Assembly: GCF_009914755.1 (NCBI RefSeq)
Contig: NC_060926.1
Strand: one strand, 5' to 3'
Origin: the human T2T-CHM13v2.0 reference genome, Homo sapiens
DNA length: 64,000 bases
This document shows positions 26,656 to 38,874 of this stretch, in pieces (positions within the stretch are counted from its first letter, which is position 1; every line of letters begins with the position of its first letter). The notes under the pieces are model-generated. The model worked only from the letters and a program-made list of their open reading frames with translations, had not been told where the DNA came from and made no database searches. Both the position numbers and the translations under genes were made by a program.

Positions 26656-26943
26656 CTTGTACAGTTAGCACTGCACGACATTCATCAGACCCAGCGACAT
26701 TAGCAGCCACGCATGTGTAATTGCCCATATCTGAGGAATCCAGAGAATTCAACTGCAATGTGCAGACATTATCTGAAAATGTGGTTTGGTACTTTGCTCC
26801 ACTGACAATCTTGGTTTTCTCATGAAACCAGGCAACTGAAATAGGTGATGATCCAGCTACTTTGCATTCCAAGATGCAAGAAGCACCTAACACCCCACCA
26901 GTATTTTTCAGTCTTCGTGTGAAAGAGGGAGGAACTGCTCGGT
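26656..26943 (-). CDS. TTN: TTN exon 74, Ig I52 (DRAVPPSFTR...)
   Basis: 288 nt, AG/GTCAGT. Confidence 0.96.
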
Positions 26944-27059
26944 CTGTGTGAGGAAAGGTAAGAGACTCATCATGATTTGAAAGAATAGAAGAGACTTGAA
27001 AGAAGGAAACTTGTAAAAGGAATTTGCATAAGCAACCAGAAGAAAACAGCAGAACTAAC

Positions 27060-27338
27060 CTGAAACATCAACCACAGCTGTGCAGCTGCTTTTCCCAACA
27101 TTATTTTGAACCTGGAAAGTGTATGTGCCTGCATCTTGCCTTTCAACTGAGAGAATCCTTAAGGAAGAGATTTTGTTGTAGAAGCTAAATTTGTGTTTTT
27201 GGCTGCTGGTCAACAGCTTTCCATCCTTGTACCATTCAACAGAGAGTTCCGGAGTGCCAGCCACCTTACACTCCAGAGTGCACGTTTCTCCTACAGTCAC
27301 CGTCATCGGTCCTGCCTTCTCAACAATGACTGCGGGCT
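27060..27338 (-). CDS. TTN: TTN exon 73, Ig I51 (EPAVIVEKAG...)
   Basis: 279 nt, AG/GTTAGT. Confidence 0.96.
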
Positions 27339-28167
27339 CTGAAATAAAACGTGATATCCATCTGTCAAAGTCTGGGATCTTTACTCTGTCTCTACTATCA
27401 CATTCACTAAGATTGTTTCTCCCAGTGAGATGGTTATGTTAGGGTGCTCTCTCTCTCGACTTTAAAGTGTGATTCCATAATTACATGCAGTCATAGAATT
27501 ATAGCTATTTTTTATTTTAATATTTTTTCTTTTCAGTTTTTTCTTTATTTTTTGTTTTTCCCACCACTCTTGCTGTCGTCTTATGTAGCAATTATTCTTA
27601 AGAAATATATGTTCGTGCATGACTCAACTTCAAAACAATTTAAACAATGTGCATTAGATAGTATATATTGATTTCCACTTGACCCTCTGTAGATCAAAGT
27701 CTACAGGTTATTGTGAATTACTTGGTATTTTTGCTCTACCTTAAGGTGCTAAAGACAATTCTTTGAAAGTTGTTATTCAAACAATTGTTTAATTGTCATT
27801 AATTTTATGTGGAAGCTTTGCTATCAAATGCCAACCTTTGGAGTTCTTGTTAGTTTTAACAATTACTCTTGTAGCACATGCTGGGCTCTGTATTCTTTCA
27901 TGCTTAATCAAAGAGAGTCATGATTGTATCTGCTAATTGATATAGACAGGTAGTTATTAAACAATAAAACAGATGTCTAATTTTTGTTAGAATCACAGAA
28001 ACAGAAAAGAGTGTTTGAAAGATCAACTATGTCTTTCCTCTAGACCTTTCAAATAGATGAGGATAAATATAGTTCTAGAAGAAACTCAGAAAAAGAATCT
28101 GCCAGTAACTCTTAGTAATTCATTCCAGCATTTGGCACCAGTTTCTATCGTGGGCTATTGTACCAAC

Positions 28168-28449
28168 CTAAGACCATCAGTGTGGCCATGTTCTCCCTCA
28201 TTCCACCATCATTCTTGATTTGGCAGATATACTTTCCAGCATTAGCTGGCTCTGCTTTTGCAAACTGTAGAGTTGCAACATTTTCCACAAATGTAATCCT
28301 GATGTTTTCACTTTCTCTAATCACTTCTTCCTTCTCTTTAAGCCACTGGACAAAAATAGGCTGGGCGCCTTCTATGGATGCTTGTAATTCAGCAGGCTCT
28401 CCGGCTACAACAGTGAGGCTGTTCAGTTTGGAGACAAATCTTGGTGGTT
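28168..28449 (-). CDS. TTN: TTN exon 72, Ig I50 (EPPRFVSKLN...)
   Basis: 282 nt, AG/GTTGGT; read manually. Confidence 0.95.
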
Positions 28450-28567
28450 CTGAACAGGAAAAGATGGATGGAAATTGTTGAAAAGATTGTCCAGATCATG
28501 CGAGAGTGAAAAAAGTAGGATTTTGCACATTTATGACATTTCTGCCATGTGGATGAACTATATTTAC

Positions 28568-28846
28568 CTTTCAATTTTACAGTACAAACACAAGTATCAC
28601 TTCCCACTTCATTCTGTGCTTTGCAGTGGTATTCACCGATGTCTGAAGTGTCCACATTGAGAATGTGAATACTTGTGTGGAAGTTTTTGGATGCAATCTT
28701 GTATTTCTTGCTGCTTCTGAGTTGCCGCTTGTCTTTGTACCATACCACCTCAAACGGTGGTGTTCCCGAAAGTTCACATTCAAGACTGACTTCAGCATTT
28801 TTAAGGGTTTCTACTATAGGAGGGAAGCTGCTAAAAACAGGTGGCT
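28568..28846 (-). CDS. TTN: TTN exon 71, Ig I49 (EPPVFSSFPP...)
   Basis: 279 nt, AG/GTAAAT. Confidence 0.96.
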
Positions 28847-29889
28847 CTGCAAAAAACAAGAATTTCTCATGAATTGGGCTACTGAATTTCACAAAATGAA
28901 AATTTTTTATTTGTCTTTAAATTGGAAGAAAGGTTTAAGATATTCTAATGGGTAAGTAGAGTCCAGCACTAACACTCTCATGGGATAACAGCCTCAGAAG
29001 CCATTTGCCTTCACAAGATAACCAGCTAGATGGGCAGAGAACCCAGATAGATCCTAGATGTCGTTACTGAACAGTTCAACATTCTATCTACTACACCTTA
29101 CTGATGTATCTTAGGCTACAAAGATTGATACAAAAATTGCAAACAAGCAAGTATAGCAATAAATAATGATTTGCATGAAGTATGGAATTCTAATTTCAAG
29201 GATGATTTTTTTTGTATATGTTCTATAACAGACACTTGGAAGTCATCACAACATCCGTGATCTAAGTCTTCCATTTCAGCAAATGATTACTGCAATAATT
29301 GTCTTAAAACAAGACAAACTTGGCCTTTGTGACAAAAAAAAAAAGCACTGGAAAATTGCAGCAAAAAAACACAGATACTATTTGTACCAAGGTATAGTCA
29401 TATAATTTTTAAAGGATAGGAAGTGATCCTTGAGAGAGAAGGAAAAAATATTATTGTCCTGTTTTAAACATAAGTTTAAAACCTGTATTGCTTTCACTTT
29501 GCATAGATATAGTAAAAGTGCTTGTTATTAATGATATAGATTATAGTGAGAATGATATATCTGTAAGTTGATTGAAAGCAAAAGACTAATTTTAAAATGC
29601 CTACTTCATTTTTTTGTGCAGTTTTGAAACATCACGTTTGATGTTTGGCAAATGTGTTGAGGTAATCAGAATTATGACACTGGAATAACAAAAATATTTC
29701 ATAATGACTAGTTACATGTAAGCAAAATTCAAGAAGGAAACCATCTAAAAAGGGAAATAATACTAGCTCAGAAAAATATTCTATGATCTCAAATGGAAAC
29801 TAAAATGATAGTAAATGAATAAAGAGCTATAATACCCAGGGGAGAAGGTGGTTTTCATTTAATGAGAAACACAAGAACAAGATGTCTAC

Positions 29890-30171
29890 CTTTTACTATA
29901 ACCTTGGTACTGCAGCTTGTGCTGCCAGCGGGATTCTGAGCCTCACAAATGAAATCTCCACTGTCCTCAGTACTGAGATTGTTCATCTGTATGACGGCCA
30001 CTGAGTCAATGAAAGTCATTCTGTACTTATCACTGGCTGGAAGTTCATGTTCATTTCGGAACCACACAACTCTGATTTCTGGGGATCCAGCTATCTTGCA
30101 TTCAAGTCGTGAAGAGTCACCTGCTTTCACAATTTTGGAGGCTTCTAATTTCTTTACAAACTTTGGTGGTT
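29890..30171 (-). CDS. TTN: TTN exon 70, Ig I48 (EPPKFVKKLEASKIV...)
   Basis: 282 nt, AG/GTAGAC. Confidence 0.96.
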
Positions 30172-30384
30172 CTAAAGAGTCAGGAAAGAGGAGAGTATCA
30201 GGGAACAGAAATAAATAACAATAGTTAAATTAGATAGTATACAGGCAAGAGAAAAACATGAGCAAATACTGTTTACTATGTTAGAAAGAATACTACTTTC
30301 TTGATTGTTTAGAGACATTGTAACTGAATACAGAGAACCAAAGACACAGTCAGACAGAAACATAAAGGAATCAAATTTGCACAC

Positions 30385-30663
30385 CTGTCACAAGCAACAT
30401 CGTAGTACAAGAGTCGCTACCAACATCATTGGTAACATGGCAAGTATACTGTCCAGTCTTAGAAGCATCCACTGAGTAGAGATTTAAGAAGCTAGTCGAC
30501 CCTTCCAAGCCAATGAAACATTTAGGACCTGAGACAAGTTCCACATCATCCTTAAACCATTTTATTTTAAATGGTGGTGTTCCTTTTAGTATTGCCTTAA
30601 ATTCCACTGTAGAATCAGGTATGGCTTGCTGTCGCCCAGGTTTCACTAGGAAGCTTGGTGGTT
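30385..30663 (-). CDS. TTN: TTN exon 69, Ig I47 (EPPSFLVKPG...)
   Basis: 279 nt, AG/GTGTGC. Confidence 0.96.
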
Positions 30664-30909
30664 CTATAGATTTTAAGAGAGATATATTTAATTAAATTGC
30701 TTGCAGTTGAATTATTGTGACAGTTTTATGGACATTTAAGAAAACACTCTTGGAAAGAGGCAATGGCTGAATATTTCTTGAACACAATGAATATGTATCT
30801 AAAGAACCAGAATCATAGAGATTTTAGCTCTAAAGGATACAAAGGCAAGAGTGATACATTTAAGAAGCATTCGCAAGGAAGAATCAAGAAGAGGTAAAGA
30901 AATTCTAAC

Positions 30910-31197
30910 CTTTCACAGTTAAGATGCCACTGCATGCATCATCTCCTGCTACATTTGACACTTTGCATGTGTAATTTGCAGTATCTTCTAATTCCAGATT
31001 ATTAACTTCCAGAGACACAGATCTCTCATGGCACACAAGTCTGTATTTTGCACTTGTAGATATTTCTTTTCCATCCTTAAACCACTGAGCACTAATGGGA
31101 AGTGAACCAGACACCTTGCACTCCATATGAATAGAAGAGCCCAGAACTTTATCCATTTTGGTTAATTTTTTGGTGAATGATGGAGGAATATTTTGAT
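30910..31197 (-). CDS. TTN: TTN exon 68, Ig I46 (DQNIPPSFTK...)
   Basis: 288 nt, AG/GTTAGA. Confidence 0.96.
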
Positions 31198-31299
31198 CTG
31201 TCCAATGCAAACAGCAAAACACATCCATTAATCTCTTGCTATTTGTTTACAAAGGACATACTATAAATAAGGGAAGCTGACTGGGGTGAAGATACAAAC

Positions 31300-31578
31300 C
31301 TAGCACTCTTAAGTAGGCATCACAGCTACTGCTTCCGAAGTCATTTTCCACCTTGAAAGTGTACTGACCGCTGTCCTGCTTCATTACTGACTGAATTCTA
31401 AAACTGGCCACGTTATTTTCAAAACTCATTGAAAAGTATCTACTGGGAACTATTTGTTTCCCGTCTTTAAGCCATTTCACTTTGAGTTCTGGTGTTCCAG
31501 CCACAACACATTCCAAGGTCATGGGATCTTTCTCCGTAACATCAACTGATTTAGCTTTCTCTACGATTTGAGCTGGTT
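31300..31578 (-). CDS. TTN: TTN exon 67, Ig I45 (EPAQIVEKAK...)
   Basis: 279 nt, AG/GTTTGT. Confidence 0.96.
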
Positions 31579-31690
31579 CTGTAGTAAAAATGAAAATGTG
31601 GATGAGTTACATTGGTAACTCCACTAGAAATAATGTCTGCTAATGAAACTGTCGCTATAGACTATCTTTGAAAGAGAATAGCTTACAAAC

Positions 31691-31969
31691 CTTGTACTAA
31701 AAGGAAAGCATAACACCTCTCAACTCCTGACTCATTCTTGGCTTGACAGGTATATCTCCCACTGTGTCCATTATCCACACTTCTGATTTGAAGTGTGGCC
31801 ACACTGTCCACAAATGAAATATAGACATTATCATCTTCATCAAGAATCTGATCATCCTTTAGCCAGGTTATAGAAATAGGAGGAGAACCTGCCACGGTAC
31901 TCTGAAAGGTGGCAGAACTTTTCAAAACAGTAGTGGTATTTTCTATCTTCTTAATGAATGATGGTGGTT
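31691..31969 (-). CDS. TTN: TTN exon 66, Ig I44 (EPPSFIKKIEN...)
   Basis: 279 nt, AG/GTTTGT. Confidence 0.96.
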
Positions 31970-32087
31970 CTGTGATTAAATAAGAGAGTGTGAAAAGAAG
32001 AAACATATTGTAACTCCTACCCATAATGATAAGATTTAAAAGCGTTACAGAATTTTTATTTGATAGGCTGCTTCTTGTATAACTGAC

Positions 32088-32366
32088 CTTTCAGGGCAAC
32101 TCTAGTACTGCATGAGCAGCTGCCGCCTTCATTGGATACAATGCACTGGTATTCCCCAGTGTCTGAAGGGTCACACTTGGTTATATGGAGGTTAAACACA
32201 GACACTCTGTCGGTCAATGTGTATTTTTTGCTGCTTCGAATTTCCCTGTTATTCTTCAGCCAAGTGACTTCAAACGGAGGTGTTCCCGTAACTTCACACT
32301 CCAGCTCCACGTCACTATATTTTACTACCTCCACAGGCTTCAGCTCTCTGATAAAGGTGGGGGGTT
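32088..32366 (-). CDS. TTN: TTN exon 65, Ig I43 (EPPTFIRELK...)
   Basis: 279 nt, AG/GTCAGT. Confidence 0.96.
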
Positions 32367-32463
32367 CTAAAGATTCAAAAGGAAGACAGTAGCTTACTCA
32401 AGGGAAGACCCCAAACTTATCAGGCAGCACAGCCAAAATGGAGAATAGATTCCATTCACGAAC

Positions 32464-32745
32464 CTTTCACTTTGAGTTCAATGCTGCAGCTCGCCGTGCC
32501 TGCGTCATTTCGAGCTTCACACACATAAGTCCCACTATTTTCTACCCTGGCACCAGAAATCTGGAAAGTGGCTAAACCATCAATGAAGGAAATGCCATGT
32601 TTCTGAATGGCTGTTATTTCATTCCCGTCTAGATACCAAGACACTCGGATTTTAGGAGTGCCTGTTATTTGGCATTCAAATGTTGTTGACTGTCCATTCC
32701 TCAGCACTAAGACTGGACTGGGCTTCTTAATGAATTGAGGAGGTT
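32464..32745 (-). CDS. TTN: TTN exon 64, Ig I42 (EPPQFIKKPS...)
   Basis: 282 nt, AG/GTTCGT. Confidence 0.96.
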
Positions 32746-32892
32746 CTAAAGATGGAAAAAGAATTGTGATGTTGAATATTTTTAAAAACAGGTCACTGGG
32801 CAAAACTGCTGTCTTAAGCGTCCCCCGCCCCGGCCCACCCCAGGCAAGAAAATCTAGACAAGCAAGAAAGTGAGGAGATGTAGAGACCAGAC

Positions 32893-33171
32893 CTTTTACA
32901 AAGAGAGTGGCTTTGCTGGTTGCTGTGCCAACATCATTGCTTAGTTGGCAAATGTAGGTTCCAGAATCGGTAGCTTTGGCTGCAAAGAGCTCTAGACTGG
33001 TAGAGGTGTCATCCTTCCAAACTGAGCGGGCTGCTCCTGAGTGTAACTCTTTGTTATCTTTAAACCACTTTATTGTCATGGGTGCAGTGCCACCCACAAG
33101 AGCCTTTAACTGTACCCTTGTGTTGGGATTGACATCTTGTGACTGTGGCTTTTCCACAAAGTAAGGGGGTT
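32893..33171 (-). CDS. TTN: TTN exon 63, Ig I41 (EPPYFVEKPQ...)
   Basis: 279 nt, AG/GTCTGG. Confidence 0.96.
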
Positions 33172-33304
33172 CTGAGGTGAAAGAAAAAACAAGCAAAAGA
33201 AAATAGGAAGTTTTATTTTATAACTTAGCAATAAAGGTGAAAATTTAGAAATGAAACAAAAATATTTTGTAAGTTCTTGATAAGTGGAAATAAAATTTGC
33301 CAAC

Positions 33305-33592
33305 CTTTGACTGTCAGATGCCCACTGCATTGGTTGTGCCCTGCCTTATTTGTGGCAGAACAAGTGTATGTCCCACTGTCTGTACCTTCCAGCTGGCTGA
33401 TTTCCAAGAAGGCAGTATTGTCATGAAAAGAGAATTTGTACTTTTCACTAGCTGATATTTCTTGGTCATCTTTGAACCACTGGATGCTTATGGGATGTGA
33501 CCCAGCCACTATACATTCTAAATCAATGAAAGAACCTTTAATGCTGTCCATTTTCTTCAGCTTTTTGGTGAATGAAGGAGGTATGATAAGAT
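33305..33592 (-). CDS. TTN: TTN exon 62, Ig I40 (DLIIPPSFTK...)
   Basis: 288 nt, AG/GTTGGC. Confidence 0.96.
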
Positions 33593-33724
33593 CTATTCAA
33601 TGAAAAAGCAAACAACAACAAAAAAAGGTCAATCTACTAATTTGTTTTTGTTTTTTTTTTTAAATTTTAAGGGAAGAAGGAGCATGGAAATGCCCAATCC
33701 TCTCTGTAGAAGAACAATACCAAC

Positions 33725-34003
33725 CTAATACATTAATTCTAGCCTTGCAGCTGCTCCTCCCAACATCATTTTGGACCTCGAAAGTATATTCTCCACTATC
33801 TTTCTTTTCTGTAGAAATAATCTTCAGTATTGAGACTGTATCAGTGACACTGATTTTATATTTTGAGCCCAGGGTCAGTTCTTGGCCATCTTTAAACCAT
33901 TTGGCTGTAATCTCCTTAGTCCCTGAAAATTTAACCTGCAAAGTGGCTGGGTCTCCTTGGGTGACATCTATAGACACAGCTTCCTCGGTGATTGTTGCAG
34001 GTT
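33725..34003 (-). CDS. TTN: TTN exon 61, Ig I39 ([10 protein letters not shown]...)
   Basis: 279 nt, AG/GTTGGT. Confidence 0.96.
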
Positions 34004-34104
34004 CTGTAGAAAACAAAGGGATAGATGTGGGTTGTGCATTACCCTGCTGAAAGGCTTACATCTGCATTTCTTCCTCAAACCCAAGGCAAACGTTCTGAAC
34101 CAAC

Positions 34105-34383
34105 CTTTTACTGAGAGTAATGCAGAACATCTTTGTATTCCTGCATCATTTTTGGCCTGACAGACATATTTCCCATCATGCTTGACTTCAATGCCACTGA
34201 GGTACAAACTGGCCACATTGTTCTCAAAGGTCATTCTTATATTATCGTCTTCAGTGATTTCATCGCTGTCTTTTAGCCAAGTCACCGTAATTGGCAAGGA
34301 GCCCTTCAGAGTGGCCTGGAAGGCAGCTGTGCCTCCCCGGAGGGAGCTGGTACTCTCGATCTTCTTTATGAAGGATGGGGGTT
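34105..34383 (-). CDS. TTN: TTN exon 60, Ig I38 (EPPSFIKKIES...)
   Basis: 279 nt, AG/GTTGGT. Confidence 0.96.
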
Positions 34384-34492
34384 CTAACAGAAGAATGAAT
34401 TCTCAATCAATATTATCCCTATAGCAAAAGTGGCTTAAAAAAAAGAATTGACTCTTCAGAAAAGCCAGTCCCTCACTGGAACCAACACTAAC

Positions 34493-34771
34493 CTCTTAAA
34501 GTCACCCTGGCACTGCAGATGCTGCTGCCCACCTCATTGGTCACCCGACACTGGTATTCGCCAGCATCTGCAGCTACAAACTTGAGGATCTGCAGGCTAA
34601 CCAGATGATCCTGAATGAAAGTCTTATACTTTCTACCACTTCGCAGGATTGTGTTATCTTTGAACCAAGTGATCTCAAAGGGAGGAGTGCCTGCCACCTC
34701 AGCCAGCAACATGACATCGTACTCCTTTAAGACTTCAATTGGCTTAAATTCCTTGGTAAAATAAGGTGACT
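34493..34771 (-). CDS. TTN: TTN exon 59, Ig I37 (ESPYFTKEFK...)
   Basis: 279 nt, AG/GTTAGT. Confidence 0.96.
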
Positions 34772-34865
34772 CTACAGTAAAAAAGGAATGATTTGCATTA
34801 AGGGAGGAGGGGTCTGTGCCATGGGCCATAACTTTGGCAACACAAGAGGCAAAGTGAACACAAAC

Positions 34866-35147
34866 CTTTGACTATTACAATGCTACTGCAGTGGTCACTG
34901 CCAGCCTCATTTTGGGCCTCACACATATATTCACCACTGTCTTCGATGCCAACATCTGTCAGTCTTAGAACTGCAGTAGACTCCACAAAAGACATTCTGT
35001 GTTTGCTGCTCTCCTTAATTTCTCTATCATTTGCAAACCATGTTATTTTAATTGGAGGGGTACCAGTTACTTTGCAGGCTAGCTGGGTGGCATCTCCCTT
35101 CTTTAACAGCTGTGATGGCTCTAACTTTTCAACAAATGTGGCAGGTT
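34866..35147 (-). CDS. TTN: TTN exon 58, Ig I36 (EPATFVEKLEP...)
   Basis: 282 nt, AG/GTTTGT. Confidence 0.96.
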
Positions 35148-35239
35148 CTGTGGAAGGAAGGAAGTTATTAAGAAATGTGAGAAAGAGGAAAGAATTTATA
35201 ACAAGGTTAGCACAAAGATGTCAAGAAAACAATGCAAAC

Positions 35240-35518
35240 CTTTTACAAACAAGTTTGCACTGCATTCCACCCCTCCAGCGACATTGCTGACTTTACATGT
35301 GTACGTGCCCGAATCAGAGGTTTTTACTAAATAGAGTTCCAGGGAACTCTCTAAAGCTTCTTTGGTAATATAGCAGCTTCCACCAGAAACCAGCTCTTTG
35401 TTGCCCTTAAACCATCTGATTGTGAGAGGAGTAGATCCTTGGAAAGTGCTCTTCAGGCAGACTGCTGAGCCAGGCAGAACATCCTTTGAGCCGGGTTTAG
35501 TTACAAAACTGGGTGGTT
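35240..35518 (-). CDS. TTN: TTN exon 57, Ig I35 (EPPSFVTKPGS...)
   Basis: 279 nt, AG/GTTTGC; read manually. Confidence 0.95.
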
Positions 35519-35633
35519 CTGAAGAAGGGGTATAAGAAAGAATTTCAAAGAGTTAAGAGGGTTGATCTAAGGGAAGATGACTTAATTTGAACATAATCTT
35601 TAATAAGGATAAAATGCAAAGTCTCCAGCCAAC

Positions 35634-35921
35634 CTTGCACAATCAGGGCTCCACTGCTGTCTTTGCTTCCCACGGAATTTGTGGCTCGACAAGTGAAATT
35701 CCCTGCATCATTCATGTCTACTCTGATGATCTCCAAAGAGGCTGTGCCTTCCACAAATGCTATCCTGTATCTGTCAGAAGCAGCTATTTCTTTGCCATCC
35801 TTAAACCAGGACACCCTCATGGGGAGGGAGCCTGCAATTTTGCAGTCCAGTCTGCAGGTACCATTAACAACACTATCCACGTTGCGCAAGGGTTTGGTAA
35901 AAAATGGAGCAATGTCTCGAT
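35634..35921 (-). CDS. TTN: TTN exon 56, Ig I34 (DRDIAPFFTK...)
   Basis: 288 nt, AG/GTTGGC. Confidence 0.96.
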
Positions 35922-36038
35922 CTGTGTGTTGCACAAGAAGGGAGAAAAGGTCAATATAGAAGAGTGCTCAGTGATTGACTTTAGGCCATTTGTTGGGTTT
36001 CAAATGCATATGTAGCATCATTTTCTAAAAATACTAAC

Positions 36039-36317
36039 CTAATACAGTGAATGTAGTCTCACAGGAGCTGCTGCCCACTTCATTGGAAATCTCAAATGTG
36101 TATTGGCCACTGTCGTGCAGCTCAGCTGAATAAAATTTGAGCTGGGCAACATTGTTTTTAAAACTTATTCGGTATTTTTTACTGGCGACCAAGGGTCTCC
36201 CATCTTTGTACCATTTGGGCTTCAGTTCTGGCGTGCCTGCCACTGTGTACTCCAGTGTGGCGGGATCTCCTGCTGTCACCTGGATCAGTTCTGCTCGCTC
36301 AATGATTTTGGCAGGTT
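36039..36317 (-). CDS. TTN: TTN exon 55, Ig I33 (EPAKIIERAE...)
   Basis: 279 nt, AG/GTTAGT. Confidence 0.96.
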
Positions 36318-36413
36318 CTACAATGGTATGAAATAGTTAGCACCCTAAATGCTTGTTAGGGTTTCACTTTAATTCTAAATAGCAATTTGAGGTTTAAATG
36401 TTCCTACACAAAC

Positions 36414-36692
36414 CTTTAACTATTAATTCCCCAACAGATGTTTGGCTTCCAGCTTCATTTTCAGCCAGGCACGTGTATTTGCCTCCAAAACTAATCTGAA
36501 CATCAGGGATTATCAAGACTGCAACACCATTGGAAAAGCTCATTTTGATTTTTCCGTCTTCTCTGATGACCTCTTGACCTTTCATCCATGTGACAGAAAT
36601 GGGCTCTGACCCTCTCACAGCAGCTTGCAGGGTAACGGTTTGTCCTCCTAGTGCAATCAAATCATCTACTTTCTTTACAAAGGTTGGAGGTT
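36414..36692 (-). CDS. TTN: TTN exon 54, Ig I32 (EPPTFVKKVDD...)
   Basis: 279 nt, AG/GTTTGT. Confidence 0.96.
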
Positions 36693-37127
36693 CTAGTTAA
36701 GGAAAGAGAGCATATAAAACATATCAATTCCCAAACACTTTCAACACCATCTATATTTAAGAGTTTTTTCAAGATTATATTTATCTTGTCCCAATACTAC
36801 TATTTCATAGTGTTAATTAGAAGAAGAAATAAAAGTTAAGAATAATTATAATTCCATCCAAGAGACAGAGGCATAGATGATACATGTTTGTCAGCTGACA
36901 AAATGGCTTATTATTCCCTTTTGTTATCAGATAATAGATATTTACACTAGTCTCGGGAAAAAGACCAGGTGAAAGTTACTGACTTTGTTCCCAAGGTCCC
37001 AGGTCAAACCAAGACAAAACAAATTTAAAGGATAGGACAAGAGAAGAAAGTACCAGTTTTTCTTCCATGGGGTAAGAAAGCTAGTTTGACAATTTATTAA
37101 AGAGACATTAGTTTTTCAAGCACTAAC

Positions 37128-37406
37128 CTTTGAGTAAGTGGGTTGCCATGCAGCCACACTTGCCGACTTCATTAGCAACAACACATTCATATTCACCAAC
37201 ATCTGCACTATTAAACGAAAAGATCTCCAGACACACAAGAGACTTCTGAGAAAACAATCTGTATTTTTTACTACTTCGAATTTGTTTCTTGTCTTTGAAC
37301 CAGCTAATTTCAAATGGTCCAGTGCCTGAGACTTCACACTGAAGTAGAGCATTTGTTCCTCTCACTATGTCTGCAGGCTCAAGAGTTTTGATGAAAGAAG
37401 GAGGTT
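37128..37406 (-). CDS. TTN: TTN exon 53, Ig I31 (EPPSFIKTLEP...)
   Basis: 279 nt, AG/GTTAGT. Confidence 0.96.
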
Positions 37407-37506
37407 CTACAAAAGCATGAAAGCATTGTGTAAGTAATGGGTAATAAGTAATTAAAAGGGAAATCTTTTCTCAGAAAAATACTGGATGGAAACTCAGTAA
37501 ACAAAC

Positions 37507-37788
37507 CTTTGATAACTATTTCAGTACTGCAGCTATCACTGCCGACGTCATTCACTGCTTCACATGAGTAACTCCCACTGTCTTCAACTTTTACATCCGT
37601 AATATCAAGTATAGCCTCAGAATTGACAAAATACATTCGGACTGTGTTACTTTCACTGAGTTCTTTGTTATTTTTAAACCAAGTAACCTGGATCACAGGT
37701 GAGCCTTTCAGCTTGCAATGGAGGCGTGCTGATTCACCTGGGAGCATTAAATAAGAGGGATCCACCTTCTTCACGAAGGATGGTGGCT
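37507..37788 (-). CDS. TTN: TTN exon 52, Ig I30 (EPPSFVKKVDP...)
   Basis: 282 nt, AG/GTTTGT. Confidence 0.96.
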
Positions 37789-38310
37789 CTACATGAAGTT
37801 TACAAAAAAGAAAAAGGAGAAGATATCTGAAACATAAACTCCGCAAAAGAAAAGTAGACATATACAACAAAGAGACCCAACACACATAAAATATCTCCAC
37901 AAAATTTCTGTAAAAGCTGTGGTGCATTTAATAGGTTCCTATCATTCTAAGACACTTTCCCAGTCTCTTGATTTAAAATAAAACAACAATAAACAGACTA
38001 CCTACACAAAGAAGAATTTTATAAAAGAAGATAGTTAAGAATTGCTCAGACACTTGGAGTTTTTTCTTAGAAGAAATTTTAAGCAAGCTTTGTTAATAGC
38101 AGACAATTTAAAAGAACAAAAGTTAAGTGAACTTTGAAGAGGATTAAAAAAATAAAATCAAACAATGCCAGGACTTTCCCAAACCATAATGTTTGCTGAA
38201 TGACATTATTTTAATAACAAAGTGTACTGACTGAATTGTTTGCCAACAGTTTTTCTACTGAGGATTCCTTGCAGAGAAGGGACTAGAAAATACATTCACA
38301 CGTTTCTTAC

Positions 38311-38874
38311 CTCTGACAGTGACTGTGGCTGAGCAGGAGCTGCTTCCAGCCTCATTTGAAGCTGTACAGACATAGGTTCCTGAATCTTTCAGTTTGGCCA
38401 AAGGAATCTCAAGTGTTGCTATTTTATCTTCAAAACAGATCTTATAATCTTTCCCTGGGGGGAGTTTTTGCCCATCTTTGCTCCACGTAACTGTGACTTT
38501 TCTGTCTTCATCTACTTGGCACTCAAGGTGGACCTTCTTATTGATAGCGGACTGCACAGGCTCTAATTCTTTAATGAAATGTGGCTTATCAATGATGATC
38601 AACTCTGCTTGGCAGATGTCTGCTCCAAACTTGTTAGAAGCCTTACAAGAATAAACTCCTCTATCTTGAATGGTAAGGTTTGAGAGTTCTAAAATGTGTT
38701 TGTTTTCTGCGTCGGAAATCCTCCAGTTAGGTGAAGGTGAGAGTGCAGCACCATCTTTCTGCCAAATGGTTTCTATCACAGGAGTCCCTGTCACTGTGCA
38801 GATGAACTTGGCTGCCTTACCCACAAAAGTTGTAAGGGACTTAGGTCTGGAGAGAAAGGTTGGTGGATATGCCT
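38311..38874 (-). CDS. TTN: TTN exon 51, two Ig domains I28-I29 (EAYPPTFLS...VTVR)
   Basis: 564 nt, AG/GTAAGA, two tandem I-set motifs. Confidence 0.96.
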
